Shown piece after piece: positions 14,102 through 25,745 of a stretch of DNA of 64,000 nucleotides. Source of the stretch: an uncultured Alphaproteobacteria bacterium (lineage in GTDB: Bacteria; Pseudomonadota; Alphaproteobacteria; Rhizobiales; Xanthobacteraceae); the NCBI GenBank assembly GCA_963723625.1, contig CAVRRK010000002.1:205668-269667 (forward strand). Reading direction: 5' to 3'. The position numbers and the translations under genes were made by a program. Within the stretch, counting starts at the first letter, position 1. Each line of letters starts with the position of its first letter. The notes beneath the pieces were generated by a model that did not search any database, was not told the DNA's origin, and saw only the letters and a list, made by a program, of their open reading frames with translations.

Positions 14102-14320
14102 GATGTTTCCCTCAGGTTTCGTCACACCATCTTCGCCAGCGCAAAGATGGCTGGCCCGGTTCCCGATAATAGTCCATGCGACCCCTTGGCCGCCATACGA
14201 CGATTTATCTGCTTCCCCTGATTCGGGTAATTTCAGTCCAGCAAGGGCTGAAAGTTTGACCGCGAAGTGTCCGCAATCGGCGTCTCACATCAACGCGTAA
14301 CAATGCCGCGGGCTAAGCAG

Positions 14321-15941
14321 TTAGCGGAGCGAAACGATGAAGTCCGTTCCTTCGCCGGTTTCGCCGGCGGTGATGCCCTGATCGGACACGATGATCGAAC
14401 CGCCGGTCGATAGCAGATCGACAATTCGCGCCATCGCATCCTGCGGAATGGTCAGCCGGTCCAGCGCTTCTGCCGCGGTGTCCGGCACCGGAGACGGCTT
14501 GACCTCAACGGCGCCGGTCATCTTCCTGCGTCGCGATGGGCGATCATCTTCGTCGTAACGCTCGACGCGGCGAGACGGCAATGAGACCACCGACCAGTGG
14601 AAGACATTGGCATCCGCCTTGTCGGCCTGCGCGGTAAAGACGTGTGTCCCGAGCGGGCGGTCGCTTGCCGCGATCGTCACGGGTGCATCGAACAGCGGCG
14701 AGAAATTCTGGCGGACGTAGAGTTTTGAATCCTTGCGGCTGATGAACACCGAAATCTGCCCGCGTCGCTTGAGTGCCGCCGTGGCTTCCGCCTTCTTGCG
14801 CATATCATCGGCGCGGCTCTGATCCTTTTTCGGATCGGGCGTGAGCGGCGCGACACCGGTTGCGGCCTTGATATCGTCGGCCTTGATATCTTCGGTCTTC
14901 GCGGGCTCCGCGTTCGCGGGATTCGCCTTTTCGGTTTCCGCGTTCACGCTCGCGAGGGGCTCAGTCGGTTTTGCTTCAGTCGCATTCGACGTCGCATCCG
15001 AAATGGTGACAGCTCCGCCGGAGAGGGCGCTGCCGGCGTCCGCGGTTCGAGTCTGTTCTGGCGTCAGCGATGGAACGGCAGGCCGATCCTCGGCAGGCGT
15101 TGCACTCTGCGAACCCACGCTAGGTTTCAATTCTAGAGTTGCAGATGAAATTTCCGGCGTTGTCGCCCCGGCGCTTGCCACCTTGTCCGATTTCGGCGCG
15201 GAAGGCGTATCCGGCTGCGGCTCGGCACTTGCGACCGGCTGCGGCGCCGGCTTTTCCGCGACCAGCAGCGGGTGCGAGAAGTTCGCCGGCGTCATCTCGC
15301 CGGGCGTCACCACGACCCGCGCGCCCATCTTGGTCCAGCCCCACATCTTGACCGCAAAATTCATCGGCATGCGGATGCAGCCATGGGACGCCGGATGGCC
15401 CGGAAGGACGCCGGCGTGCATCGCTATGCCGGACCAGGTGATGCGCTGCATGTACGGCATCGGCGCATCGCTATAAATGTTGGAGCGGTGCAGCTTGTGT
15501 TTCTGGATGATGCTGAAGACGCCCATCGGCGTCGGGTGGCCGCGCATCCCCGTGGAAATTGGGGTCTCTGCGAAAGAATCCATTCGCGTCATAGACCTTC
15601 AGTGATTGCCGATCGATCGAGATGGCGATGATCAGCGGTCCCGTCGGCTTTTTGCCTTCCTGCGCACGCTGGCCTCTGGCCTTCGGCAGGCGCTGCTTTG
15701 CGGCTTTGTGACGGTACCGCGGCGCGCGCGGGAGATATTGGGGCTGCTGGTAGTAGCCGTTATTGTCTGGCCAATAATAATAGGTGGCGGCTTGCGCCGA
15801 GGAGGCTGCGCCGACCATTCCAGCCGCCGTCAAAATGGCAAATCGCCAAACCGCCCTTGAAAAGGCGACACTACCCTTCAATACGCTTTTGACCGCAACG
15901 GGCGACCGCCCAGCGGCCGGAACAAGCAAATGCGCGTCCAC
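14321..15941 (-). CDS. L,D-transpeptidase (YkuD family; frameshift near 15575; start approximate)
   Basis: ISTGMRGHPTPMG, GIAMHAG, ASHGCIRM; N-terminus in ORF 15471..16058. Confidence 0.88.
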
Positions 15942-16152
15942 GGTCAAAAATCCTTCGATTCCAGTCTGGTAGCAAGTGTCGCAGACGCGAAAGGCGTTCA
16001 CCAGCCTCAGTGTCGGGTAGCGGACATTTTCACCGCTAACGTAGCAAAAAAGCCTCACCTTCAGTTAACGGCTGATCGTTGAGGCGGCAGGTGCATCTTC
16101 CCGCAGCGCCTGACCGCACTACATAGGGGCGACCTTGCCTTGGAGATTTTCG

Positions 16153-16701
16153 ATGAGCCGTCATGCCCGTCCCGACCTTGTTGCGCGCCTTGGAAACGGG
16201 ATTTTCGCCGTGTTCGCCTTGTTGCTGGCAACGGCGGCGCCAGCCTTCGCGGCGGACGAGCCCGACCTGATTTTCCGGCGTTCGACCGTATTCAAACTGC
16301 TGAGCCCGAATGATAAGCTCGCGACCTATGGCATCGACGATCCCGAGGTCGATGGCGTCGCCTGTCATTTCACCATACCGGAAAAGGGCGGCTACACGGG
16401 CTGGCTCGGTCTGGCCGAGCAGGTCTCGGACATCTCGCTTGCCTGCCGCCAGATCGGCCCGATCCATTTCAAGGCCAAAGCCGAGCAGGGCGAAGACATG
16501 TTCAAGCAGCGGCGATCGCTGTTTTTCAAGAAGATGCAGATCGTTCGCGGTTGCGATGCCAAGCGCAATGTCCTGGTCTACATGGTCTATTCCGACCGGC
16601 TGATCGAGGGATCGCCGAAGAATTCGACGTCCTCGGTCCCGATCATGCCCTGGGGCGCAACCGATACCGCGATACAAAAATGCGGTGATTTTATTCAGTA
16701 G
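16153..16701 (+). CDS. creA: CreA family protein
   Basis: DDPEVDGVACH, SLACRQIGPI, RSLFFKKMQIVR, GSPKNSTS. Confidence 0.88.
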   Translation: MSRHARPDLVARLGNGIFAVFALLLATAAPAFAADEPDLIFRRSTVFKLLSPNDKLATYGIDDPEVDGVACHFTIPEKGGYTGWLGLAEQVSDISLACRQIGPIHFKAKAEQGEDMFKQRRSLFFKKMQIVRGCDAKRNVLVYMVYSDRLIEGSPKNSTSSVPIMPWGATDTAIQKCGDFIQ

Positions 16702-17297
16702 CTGACGGCGGGGATCCTGTTAACGCTGCGCGGGCGAGGGCGGTCGAACCCACAACTCGCGGCAGGATTTGGGATCGCGGTGGCCGACCAGCTGAACCAG
16801 TTTTTGCGGCACCGATTGTGTTCCGCGCCCGCTATCGCTGCCTTGTTGTGACATTGCGGCATGGGTGCCGCGGTGACCGCCTCGATCGCCCATTTGCTGC
16901 TGGCTTTTCTTGCTGACATCGATGGTGTCATTGCCCACGGCGGATATCCTCCTGCTGAAGACACGCGACAACGCTTGACTGCCGGGAAAAGTTGCACGTG
17001 CTACTTAGTCGGCATTCGGAACGCTGGGTTCATCGGTTTTGCCGCTTGCAGCGCTTTTCAGCCGAGAATTATTAAAACTTCGTGGCCCCAGGCCGACGTT
17101 GGCTCCTGTCCTAGAGCTAGCGTTGATAATGCTCGGTTTTTTAATCGAATTGTTTCGTCGCCCCGCCGTGAAGAAACAATTCGTTTGCGCCACGAAACCA
17201 TTTTTTGCTTTTCACGCAGAACTCCCGAAACAGCTGGTGGTTATCAGTCCGTCAACAAAACGGCGCCCAGCGCGCCGCAGCTACCGGAGACTGCCAG

Positions 17298-17453
17298 ATG
17301 CGAACCCTCAGCTTCATCCTCGCTTTCGCCTTCATCCTTGCCGGTCCCTCAATGGCGGGTACGAGCGATGGCAGCCTGCCGGGCGTCGGCACCTTCTCCT
17401 ATAACGGCTCGCCGGTTGCCGCCGGCTCGGCGCTGCTCGTCGCGGCGCGCTGA
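17298..17453 (+). CDS. Small secreted protein
   Basis: ggaga RBS; MRTLSFILAFAFILAGPSMA signal peptide; LPGVGTFSYNGSP. Confidence 0.65.
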   Translation: MRTLSFILAFAFILAGPSMAGTSDGSLPGVGTFSYNGSPVAAGSALLVAAR

Positions 17454-17491
17454 TTTAATCTCCCCAACAACAAAATTGCCGGTAAGGCCTC

Positions 17492-17857
17492 ATGAATTTA
17501 CGCATCAGCTCTGTCGCGGTCGTTGTTTCCATTCTTCTGGGAGGTACCGCGCAGGCGCAGGTGCGCTCGCGGATAAAATTGCCCGATCCTCGCGGTGAAT
17601 TTGTGCGGCAATGCGCTCCCCACATGGAGGGACGCTGGGCTCATCCGGAGTCGGTGTGCGGATGTCTCCACGACTATGCCGCCGCTTCTGTAGAGGATAT
17701 CGACCTTCGCGAGGCGCTGCTGCGCGGCATCAGCGAAACCGGCGTGCCCACGATCGAAAATGAGTGGGTGCCGGTGTCGAAGCAGCCGCTGATCGGTGCG
17801 ACCTTCACCAAGATCGCAAAGCCGACGCTGCAGTGCATGTTCGAGCCGCTGAGCTAG
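17492..17857 (+). CDS. Hypothetical secreted protein
   Basis: Signal peptide; Cys motifs (RQC, VCGC, LQC). Confidence 0.7.
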   Translation: MNLRISSVAVVVSILLGGTAQAQVRSRIKLPDPRGEFVRQCAPHMEGRWAHPESVCGCLHDYAAASVEDIDLREALLRGISETGVPTIENEWVPVSKQPLIGATFTKIAKPTLQCMFEPLS

Positions 17858-17867
17858 CTGCCACCTC

Positions 17868-18698
17868 GTGAACGCCATTCGCCGCGACGACCGCCTGAAA
17901 GGCAAGGTGGCGATCGTCACCGGCGCGGGATCGCGCGGTGAAGGCATCGGCAACGGCCGCGCCACCGCGATCGTGCTTGCGCGGCATGGCGCACGCGTGA
18001 CGCTCGTCGATACGGTTGCGCAGTGGGCGGAAGAAACCAAACGACTGATCGACGCGGAAGGTGGCATCTCGCAAATCGTGGAGGGCGACGTCAGCAAATC
18101 CGCTTCGTCTCAGGCGATCGTCGCGCGCACGATGGTGGCGTGGGGAAGGCTGGACATCCTTGTGAACAACGTCGGCATCACCGGCCCGCGCGGCAACGCT
18201 GTCGAGGTCGACGTTGAGGCCTGGGACTCCGCGATGCGCACCAACGTCGCTTCGATGATGCTGATGGCAAAACACGCCATTCCCCAGATGATTAAAAGCG
18301 GCGGCGGCTCGATCATCAATCTCACTTCGGTTGCGGGATTGCTCGGCGGCCATCCCAGTTTGCTGTACCCGACTTCGAAAGGCGCGATCATCAGCCTGAC
18401 CCGCGCGATGGCGGCGCATCACGGTCCACAGGGAATCCGTGTCAACTGCATCGCGCCCGGCACGGTCTACACGCCAATGGTCGCGTCGCGCGGCATGACG
18501 CCCGAAATGCGCAAGGCTAGAAGCGAACGTACGCTGCTCGGCACCGAAGGCACCGGGTGGGACATCGGCTATGGCGCGTTGTTCCTGGCGAGCGACGAGT
18601 CGCGCTGGATCACCGGCATCACGTTGCCAATCGATGGCGGCGCAACCGCGGGCAGCCGCGGCTCGCCGGTGCCACCAAGCGAGCCGGGGCAGGGGTAG
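17868..18698 (+). CDS. SDR family oxidoreductase
   Basis: VTGAGS..GIG, LVNNVG, YPTSK, VNCIAPG. Confidence 0.92.
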   Translation: MNAIRRDDRLKGKVAIVTGAGSRGEGIGNGRATAIVLARHGARVTLVDTVAQWAEETKRLIDAEGGISQIVEGDVSKSASSQAIVARTMVAWGRLDILVNNVGITGPRGNAVEVDVEAWDSAMRTNVASMMLMAKHAIPQMIKSGGGSIINLTSVAGLLGGHPSLLYPTSKGAIISLTRAMAAHHGPQGIRVNCIAPGTVYTPMVASRGMTPEMRKARSERTLLGTEGTGWDIGYGALFLASDESRWITGITLPIDGGATAGSRGSPVPPSEPGQG

Positions 18699-18712
18699 CA
18701 TTCCACGCCTGC

Positions 18713-18976
18713 TTACTTCTTCTTGACGCCGAGCCGCGGGACGCATTTGCGCACCCGGACGATTCCAGCCGGCGACATCGTAGCTCCCAAAACTTCCTTG
18801 ATCTGGCCCGCTGGACACGATCCGTCATCGACCATCACGCGCTGTCCCAGCCTCAGATCGAGAATGTCCTGCTCGCGCCCGACAACTTCGGCCGCGGCTG
18901 GCAACGTAAGCCCTGCAAGCATGAGCGACGCCAAGGATAGGTGTAGAATGTGGGAAGCTGTTATTGGGCCACGCAT
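18713..18976 (-). CDS. Small secreted protein (DUF6719-like)
   Basis: Signal peptide; LRLGQRVMVDDGSCPAGQIKEV. Confidence 0.7.
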   Translation of the reverse strand: MRGPITASHILHLSLASLMLAGLTLPAAAEVVGREQDILDLRLGQRVMVDDGSCPAGQIKEVLGATMSPAGIVRVRKCVPRLGVKKK

Positions 18977-18982
18977 GGCCGT

Positions 18983-19135
18983 CTACTTGTTCTGGATCTT
19001 CAGGCCATCAGGACCGACATTGATCTGGACGCCGCTTGGCGCCTTCCTGGCCTGATAAAGATTGTAGCCGAGCACGCCCATGCCGACGATCAGCGCGCCG
19101 ATGATGAGAAACAGAATATTGCGATTGCCCGACAT
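18983..19135 (-). CDS. Small membrane-anchored protein
   Basis: MSGNRNILFLIIGALIVGMGVLGYNLYQ single TM; GVQINVGPDGL. Confidence 0.7.
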   Translation of the reverse strand: MSGNRNILFLIIGALIVGMGVLGYNLYQARKAPSGVQINVGPDGLKIQNK

Positions 19136-19272
19136 GCATGTTTCCCTTCTGCGTAGATTGCGTCCCGCCCTTGTATTGATGCGTCCGCGATTCTCATAGC
19201 GGCAGAAACGTCTGCGCGTCATGGCGAAAGTATGATTTGATCGCGACCTAATGATCCAGTGGAGTGAAATGC

Positions 19273-20552
19273 ATGAACGTGGGTGACAGCCAGCAAAAAA
19301 TCCTCGACGCCGTCGATGCGGGTTTCGACGCGCAGCTCGCGACGACCCGGGATTTCGTCGGGATACCGAGCACGCGCGGCGCGGAGGGTCCATGTCAGGA
19401 CATGATTGGCGATCTCTTGCGTCGGCGCGGTTACGAGGTCGACGACTGGCACATCGAGGTCGACGATCTCAGGGATCTGCGCGGATTCGGCCCGATCGAA
19501 CATGATTTTTCGAAAGCGCGCACGGTGGTCGGCACCTATCGCCCGGCGACCAACGCGGGAAAATCGCTGATCCTGCAGGGACACTGCGACGTGGTACCTG
19601 CCGGACCGCTCGATATGTGGGAGACACCGCCGTTCACCGCGACTGTGAAAGACGGCAGGATGTACGGCCGCGGCGCCTGCGACATGAAGTCCGGCACCAT
19701 CGGCGCGCTCTATGCGCTCGACGCCATCAAGGCCGCGGGTCTGAAGCCGACCGCGCGAATTCATTTCCAGTCGGTCATCGAGGAGGAGAGCACCGGCGTC
19801 GGCGCGCTCTCAACCTTGCAGCGGGGCTATCGCGCCGATGCGTGTTTGATTCCGGAGCCGACCTCCGGCCACATGGTGCGCTCGCAGGTCGGCGTGATCT
19901 GGTTCCGGATCAAGGTGCGCGGATTTCCGGCGCACGTATTTGAAGCAGGCGTTGGCTCGAACGCGATCACCGCGACCTATCATCTCATCCATGCGCTGGA
20001 AAAACTTGAAGCCGAGTGGAATAAGCGCGCGGCTGATGACAAACACTTCAAGGCGGTGAAGCATCCGCTCAACTTCAATCCCGGGATCATCAGGGGTGGC
20101 GATTGGGCTTCCAGCGTGCCGGCCTGGTGTGATGTCGACTGCCGCATCGCAATTCTGCCGGGCTGGTCGATCAAGGATTGTCAGGCCGAGATCCTTGCGT
20201 GCGTTTCCAGCGCGTCGCGCGATCATCGCTTTCTCTCCAACAATCCGCCCGTGGTGGAATGGTCGGGCTTCTTGTCGGAGGGTTATGAACTCAAAAATTC
20301 GGCGGCGCCGGAGGCCGCATTCGGTAAGGCTTACAATGCGGTGTATGGCGGCGCGGTGCCCGATCTGGCTTTCACTGCGCTTACCGATACGCGCTTCTAC
20401 GGGTTGAACTACAACATCCCAAGCCTGTGCTTCGGCGCCACTGGAGCGGCGATGCACGGCTTCAACGAATGGGTGGATCTGATTCGCTGCGCAAATCCAC
20501 CAAGGCCATGGCGCTGTTCATCGCCGAGTGGTGCGGCGTGGAGAACATCTGA
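19273..20552 (+). CDS. ArgE/DapE family deacylase (M20; frameshift near 3' end)
   Basis: QGHCDVVP, YGRGACDMKSG, EEE, IPEPT. Confidence 0.9.
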
Positions 20553-20554
20553 GC

Positions 20555-20953
20555 ATGACGCCGCTTGAAAAGATTCAATCGATGAAGATGCCGTTCGCTG
20601 AACTAAAAGGCATCGCGTTCACCGAGGCCGACAAAGACCGCGTGGTCGCGCGAATGCTGGTGCGTCCCGACCTCTGCACGCTCAGCCACACGATTCATGG
20701 CGGTGCGATCATGGCTTTTGCGGATTCAGTCGGCGCGGCGGCGACCGTTATCAATCTGCCTGACGACGCCAAGGGCACCACCACGATCGAAAGCAAGACC
20801 AATTTCATCGGCAGCGCGAAGGAGGGGACAACCGTCATTGCGACGGCGACGCCGGTGCATCGCGGTCGACGCACCCAGGTCTGGCAAACGCGGCTGGAGA
20901 CCGAGGAAGGCAAGCTTGTGGCCATCGTCACGCAGACGCAGATGGTGCTGTGA
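20555..20953 (+). CDS. PaaI family thioesterase
   Basis: IHGGAIMAFADS, TTIESKTNF, HRGRRTQVW. Confidence 0.92.
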   Translation: MTPLEKIQSMKMPFAELKGIAFTEADKDRVVARMLVRPDLCTLSHTIHGGAIMAFADSVGAAATVINLPDDAKGTTTIESKTNFIGSAKEGTTVIATATPVHRGRRTQVWQTRLETEEGKLVAIVTQTQMVL

Positions 20954-21090
20954 GTGGTTAACTAAGCCGGGAACGAGAAAGCCTGCCGCGATTTAGAGCA
21001 GGTGACGGCCTTGATTAACATGGTGCGGCGCACAATATTGGGTGTCTAGGGATTCGACGCCTCCTCGAGGGTCTGTACGAGGAGAAAGAC

Positions 21091-21728
21091 ATGACACTTC
21101 CGGCAACTACTTCTATCGCCGAGCGGACCAGCATCCGCACTCTCACCACGCGCGAGATGCCTCTGCTCCGTGAGCACTTGCTGCGACTCGATCCCGAAAG
21201 CCGCCGCGACCGTTTCAACGGCGCGGCCGATGAAAACTTTATCGAGTTCGTATGCATCGCGCTGCTTGGCCGACGGCACGGTGGTGATCGCCTATGTCGA
21301 GGACGGCAAGGTGCTCGCCGCCGCCGAGTTGCATCAACCCGACACATCCACAGATGGCATGCCCGAAATCGCGTTCAGCGTGGAGCGAGCGGTGCGGCGT
21401 AAGGGCATCGGCAGCATCCTGTTCCGGCGGCTGATCGCGGAGGCAGAGGGACGCCGCTATGAAAAACTGCGCATCACCACCAGCTACAGCAATCAGGCCA
21501 TGCGGGCGCTGGCGCAAAAATTCGGCGCGCATCTGACGTTTCGCAACGGTAAATCGACCGGGATTATCGATCTAACGCAGCAAACACGGGCGGAATCGGC
21601 ACAGCTTGCCAAACATGCGAGGCTCTGCGGACATGCCGGTGATCGCCGCGGCGCGCGAAATCGTCCGTTTCAATCGCGCTTGGTGGAGCCTGCTGCTGGG
21701 ATCGGCGGGCTGGGGTCGCGCAGCTTAG
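21091..21728 (+). CDS. GNAT family N-acetyltransferase (frameshifted)
   Basis: HLLRLDPESRRDRF; EIAFSVE, RRKGIGSILF, NQAMRALAQKFG. Confidence 0.8.
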
Positions 21729-21785
21729 GATGCGCTCACCTACTTGCCGGCGCACAGATGTTGCGCGCGCTGCATCGGCAGAAAG

Positions 21786-22088
21786 TTATGTGCCGGTGCG
21801 CTTGTCGTTGCCGAATTTTCTGACCACGCGCCGTTCGACCACGACCGCGCGCTGCGCGCCTGCCTGGCCGGCTATCACGTGCGTTGATGAACGCAGGCTG
21901 AGACGGCCAGCCTTTTTGACGTCAGCTTGTACGGATTCAACCGGCACGCCCATCAGCGACGCTGCAATTTCCGCCTGCTCCGCCTGATCATCGGTGATGC
22001 CAATTGCGGCGAAGATGGCCTCGTCGAGCGTCGGGGGGTCGCGCCGCACCCGTCGCGGTCCATATTTGGTGTTCCAGCCTTCGCTCAT
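21786..22088 (-). CDS. Conserved hypothetical protein
   Basis: gaggc RBS; WNTKYGPRRVRRDPPTLDEAIFAA. Confidence 0.75.
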   Translation of the reverse strand: MSEGWNTKYGPRRVRRDPPTLDEAIFAAIGITDDQAEQAEIAASLMGVPVESVQADVKKAGRLSLRSSTHVIAGQAGAQRAVVVERRVVRKFGNDKRTGT

Positions 22089-22165
22089 CGTGCCTCTCGA
22101 TTCAAATCCAAATTATATGCCATAATGCTGCAATGCAATATTGGTTCCAGAGAGGCAGCCATGCG

Positions 22166-22466
22166 CTACAGGCCGTCCAACTTCGTGGCATCGAACAGGT
22201 TCAGATCGGGAGGTGCTGCCACGAGCGAGCGCAGTTGCTTCACGAACCCGCCGGATTCAGGGACGGCAAAATGTTTCAGCAGCGCACCCCGGTCGGCCCA
22301 CTCCTCGATGAACACCAGCCGCAGCGGATTCTCGCAGTCGATGTGAACCGCGTGCGAGAGGCAGCCCGGCTCCTTGCGCGAGCGATGGACGTGTTCAAGG
22401 CTGAGCTTTCGAACCTGATCGAACGAGTTCCTGCCGCGCCACGACACTGCCGGTCACTAGGATCAT
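22166..22466 (-). CDS. Putative quinol monooxygenase (ABM family; frameshift near start)
   Basis: MILVTGSV start; SRKEPGC, LVFIEEWAD, LLKHF. Confidence 0.8.
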
Positions 22467-22476
22467 GCGTGCTCCA

Positions 22477-23193
22477 TTAAGTGGATGCTCTAGCTCTTGA
22501 AGGACCGCTCGGCGCCAGTTCACCTGCGTCGGCCACTTCGATGATCTCTTGCGGCCATCGCTTCAACGCGGCGCGGCCGGCATCGGTCAGCTCATAGACG
22601 CCGCGCTCGGCGCGAGTGAACCAGCCGTAGACGTTGTGCTGCAGAATCTTCGGCGCGTCGGGCATCCCGGACCGCAACTCGCGAACCCGGCGCGGACCTA
22701 GCGCCATCGCCGACGCGCAGGCCAGCGCCTGCTGGCGATAGGCCGTCATGATTGGGGACCGCGTGCTGCCGCCCAGCGCAGGATCGCCTCGCCGGCGTTG
22801 ATGCTCCGAAACCAGCCGCGAACGCTTTTTAGGGTTGCGGCGCGGGCTCGTGGTAACCGGCCGCACCATTACTTCGACATCGCCGGTCTCGGTGACGGCG
22901 AGCATTCCGAACCCCAGCCGCCGGCACAGGTTGCGATACCGCGCATCGCTTTCGCGCCCCTTGCCGCGCACGGACTTCTTTGCGGCGAGCCAGACTTCAT
23001 CGCAGGCGCCGGCGCGGTCCACCGCCTGCAGGATAAGTTCAAGATTGAAGGTGAGTTTCAGCTCGCCGATCACCACGACCGGCGGGTCGCTGCCGCTGAG
23101 CGCCACGACGTCGCAGCCGCCGACCTCGCCCTTGACGGTGAAACCAAGCTTCTCAAGGAAGCGTTTGACAGGCAGATAGAGCGCGGTTTCCAA
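22477..23193 (-). CDS. DUF2161 family putative PD-(D/E)xK phosphodiesterase
   Basis: ETALYLPVKRFLE, VKGEVGGCDVV, ELKL, MTAYRQQAL, NVYGWF. Confidence 0.85.
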   Translation of the reverse strand: METALYLPVKRFLEKLGFTVKGEVGGCDVVALSGSDPPVVVIGELKLTFNLELILQAVDRAGACDEVWLAAKKSVRGKGRESDARYRNLCRRLGFGMLAVTETGDVEVMVRPVTTSPRRNPKKRSRLVSEHQRRRGDPALGGSTRSPIMTAYRQQALACASAMALGPRRVRELRSGMPDAPKILQHNVYGWFTRAERGVYELTDAGRAALKRWPQEIIEVADAGELAPSGPSRARAST

Positions 23194-23489
23194 GGCGACA
23201 GCTCCGGCCGCGGGAATCCGCGAATCAATTTCCAGATTTTAGACTGAATCGACGGCGGTGACAGCGAGAGGATTTTATCGCGGAGCTGAAGCGGCTATCC
23301 TGGTGCAGTGGATTTAACATTCGCTTCCCACCTGGCCGCGAACTCGCAGAGCGAATGTTAAATCCAAAACTCCACCAGAGATCTATATTTGCTGGTGGTC
23401 CTTCGATTCTAACATTCGCAAAAACACCTTCCGAAGCCGGATGGAATGTTAGAATCGGACCACTAGGCCTGGAATTGGACGCGAATTTT

Positions 23490-23834
23490 ATGATCAGTAA
23501 TGGCCTTTATCATATCACCGTCGAGATGCTGGACGGCATCGAGGGCGGTAACCAGGGCGTCATGGTGATGCGGGACGGGACGCTTCGCGGCGGCAACTCG
23601 TTTTTTTACGCTTTCGGGACTTACACGGCCGCTGACGGCAAGTGGAAGGGCGAAGTCACCAACCAGGAGCATTCACCGACGTTTGGCGCGCGGCCCATTT
23701 GGGAGCGAAAAATCGTCACCATCGGATTTACCGGCAGCTATACCAAACAGGATGCCGAAGCCGATGGCATGGCGCTTGTGGGAAAGCAGAGCGTTCGCTT
23801 TAAATCGAAGCTGAGACTGCTCATCCCGGATTGA
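23490..23834 (+). CDS. GrlR-like beta-barrel protein (single domain)
   Basis: NGLYHITV..GNQGVMVMRDGTLRGGNSFFYAFGTY pattern. Confidence 0.7.
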   Translation: MISNGLYHITVEMLDGIEGGNQGVMVMRDGTLRGGNSFFYAFGTYTAADGKWKGEVTNQEHSPTFGARPIWERKIVTIGFTGSYTKQDAEADGMALVGKQSVRFKSKLRLLIPD

Positions 23835-23863
23835 GCTTCTATCGCGGCAACTGGAGCGAGCGT

Positions 23864-24571
23864 GTGCTGCAAGGACTCTACAAGTTCAAGTTCGAGACGG
23901 TGCGCGGCGTCGGCGCCGGCGTGATGTTCGCAACCCGAAGCGGAAAGCTGTACGGCGGTAACTCCGGCTCGTCCTTTATCGGCAGCTATGACGAATCGGG
24001 CGATGAAATCTCCGCCGAACTCATGATGTCGCGTCACAATCATGATCCGAATTACGTGCCGATGTTTCCGGTCGACAACGTGATCATGACATTCAAAGGC
24101 GAGCCGCGGGGAGACGGTGTACATTTCGAGGGCGGCACAGCCAGTCTGCCGGGCATCAAGTTCACAGCCGTGCTGACGCCCATCGACGACGACGACGCTC
24201 CGCCTCCGGGCGCTGTCGGGCCGGACGGCGTACGCAATGGCCTGTACTCGATCCATATTCGGATGCTGGACGGGATCGACGGCGGCAACACCGGCGTCAT
24301 GGTGCTGCACGAAGGCAGGATCCGCGGCGGTGACGCGTATTTCGACTATATCGGCGCCTATGCCGCCGCGAACGGCAAATGGAAAGGAGAAATCGTCAAC
24401 CGCGAGCACACCCCAAGCCTGGGCGAGCGGCCGCTGTTCGGCGGTCACGAGGTAGGCATCGGCTTTTCCGGGACCTATGACGACGAAGGCGCCGAGGCTG
24501 AAGCCACTGCATTGGCCGGCAAGCGAAGCATTCGTTTCAAGGCGGTGCTGAAGAAACTCGTGGAGGCGTGA
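23864..24571 (+). CDS. GrlR-like protein (two tandem domains)
   Basis: GLYKFKF..GKLYGGNSG and NGLYSIHI..GRIRGGDAYFDYIG. Confidence 0.75.
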   Translation: MLQGLYKFKFETVRGVGAGVMFATRSGKLYGGNSGSSFIGSYDESGDEISAELMMSRHNHDPNYVPMFPVDNVIMTFKGEPRGDGVHFEGGTASLPGIKFTAVLTPIDDDDAPPPGAVGPDGVRNGLYSIHIRMLDGIDGGNTGVMVLHEGRIRGGDAYFDYIGAYAAANGKWKGEIVNREHTPSLGERPLFGGHEVGIGFSGTYDDEGAEAEATALAGKRSIRFKAVLKKLVEA

Positions 24572-24641
24572 ACGGCTACACCTGTTCGCTGAGCGGCAGC
24601 AGCGCGTCGCTGACAAGCGCGCGTCATCGAAATCTTAAACA

Positions 24642-24959
24642 TCAAGCGCTGCCGCCAGCACGAAAAGCGGGGTAGGTATTGCTACCTCTCGGATGTCTTT
24701 CCTCGATTACAAATTGCACGGTTAGAATGTGATCCTTGCGGCAAGTTGTTATGCAATTTCGCCGAACGCGACCGTCCTCTGAGATCAACAAGACAAAAGA
24801 GGCCGGAGTTTCCAAATCACCGATGTCAAGACGCGCGCTGCCATCCATCGACAAATCAAGGATCATGCAATCGCGTAATCTTGGGTCGGGCGGCTGAATA
24901 ATGAACGCCGGTCGCTCGAACTTGATGCGTTTTTGATAGGACAAAGATCGCAAATCCAA
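24642..24959 (-). CDS. PilZ-like domain protein
   Basis: CMILDLSMDGSARL (DxSxxG), RRNC, LTVQF; RxxxR motif degenerate. Confidence 0.65.
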   Translation of the reverse strand: MDLRSLSYQKRIKFERPAFIIQPPDPRLRDCMILDLSMDGSARLDIGDLETPASFVLLISEDGRVRRNCITTCRKDHILTVQFVIEERHPRGSNTYPAFRAGGSA

Positions 24960-25034
24960 ATCTCAGGTCAATAATATGCTCGACTGGCAAGTCCCAGGCT
25001 CGCGCGCAATCCGCGCATCCTATTTCTAAATTCG

Positions 25035-25520
25035 CTACACCCCGTCTGGCAGATCAACGCCGGCGTCCACCAGGTCGCGCAGAAATTTTCGCACGAGCAG
25101 TATATTTGTTTTTTGAAGTTCGTGGTTGTTGCCGAACTTGAACTGATTTTCCTCAGTCACGATCAAGCCCTTTCGCGTTTCGCGAAGTATCCCTCGTTTT
25201 TTTAGTCGATCCGCCCTGCGTCGGACGGTCTCAATAGGTAAATTGAGAAATCGAGAGAGGGCCGCGCGCGATACGCCTAGTTTGATCTCATCGGGCTCGA
25301 CGTTTTCGACGCTGCCAAATTGCCTATCGAGTTTCGGGTTTTTCATCACGTTAAGCACGTTTGCATTCAACACGGCATGAATGATCAGCAAGTCCAGCGG
25401 ATCAAAATCGTAGTGACGAAAAAGCTCGCTGATCGCGCACAACAAGTATGCGAGCGAATGACGAGAGATTGTTCTGATCAGGTCTGTGGCAGTTTTGTCG
25501 TCTTTGGTCCGACTAACCAT
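25035..25520 (-). CDS. Winged helix-turn-helix DNA-binding protein
   Basis: VSRAALSRFLNLPIETVRRRADRLKKRG HTH. Confidence 0.7.
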   Translation of the reverse strand: MVSRTKDDKTATDLIRTISRHSLAYLLCAISELFRHYDFDPLDLLIIHAVLNANVLNVMKNPKLDRQFGSVENVEPDEIKLGVSRAALSRFLNLPIETVRRRADRLKKRGILRETRKGLIVTEENQFKFGNNHELQKTNILLVRKFLRDLVDAGVDLPDGV

Positions 25521-25745
25521 CTAGGAGCCGCTACGCATGAGTTGGCTGACTCTGTTCGATTCGGTCAGGCCAGCGCAATGGAGCCTCTACCCATTTTGGG
25601 TATGAAGACCGCTTGAAGCGACAGTGTTTCCAAGCCTACTAGCCGTCCACGCTCAACGGCTTGGTCGGTCGTAACCCCCGCTCTTTCCTTTTCAAATCGG
25701 CCTGATCAGCACGGGGCCGGCCGTCGGCTGTTAAATTGGATCATC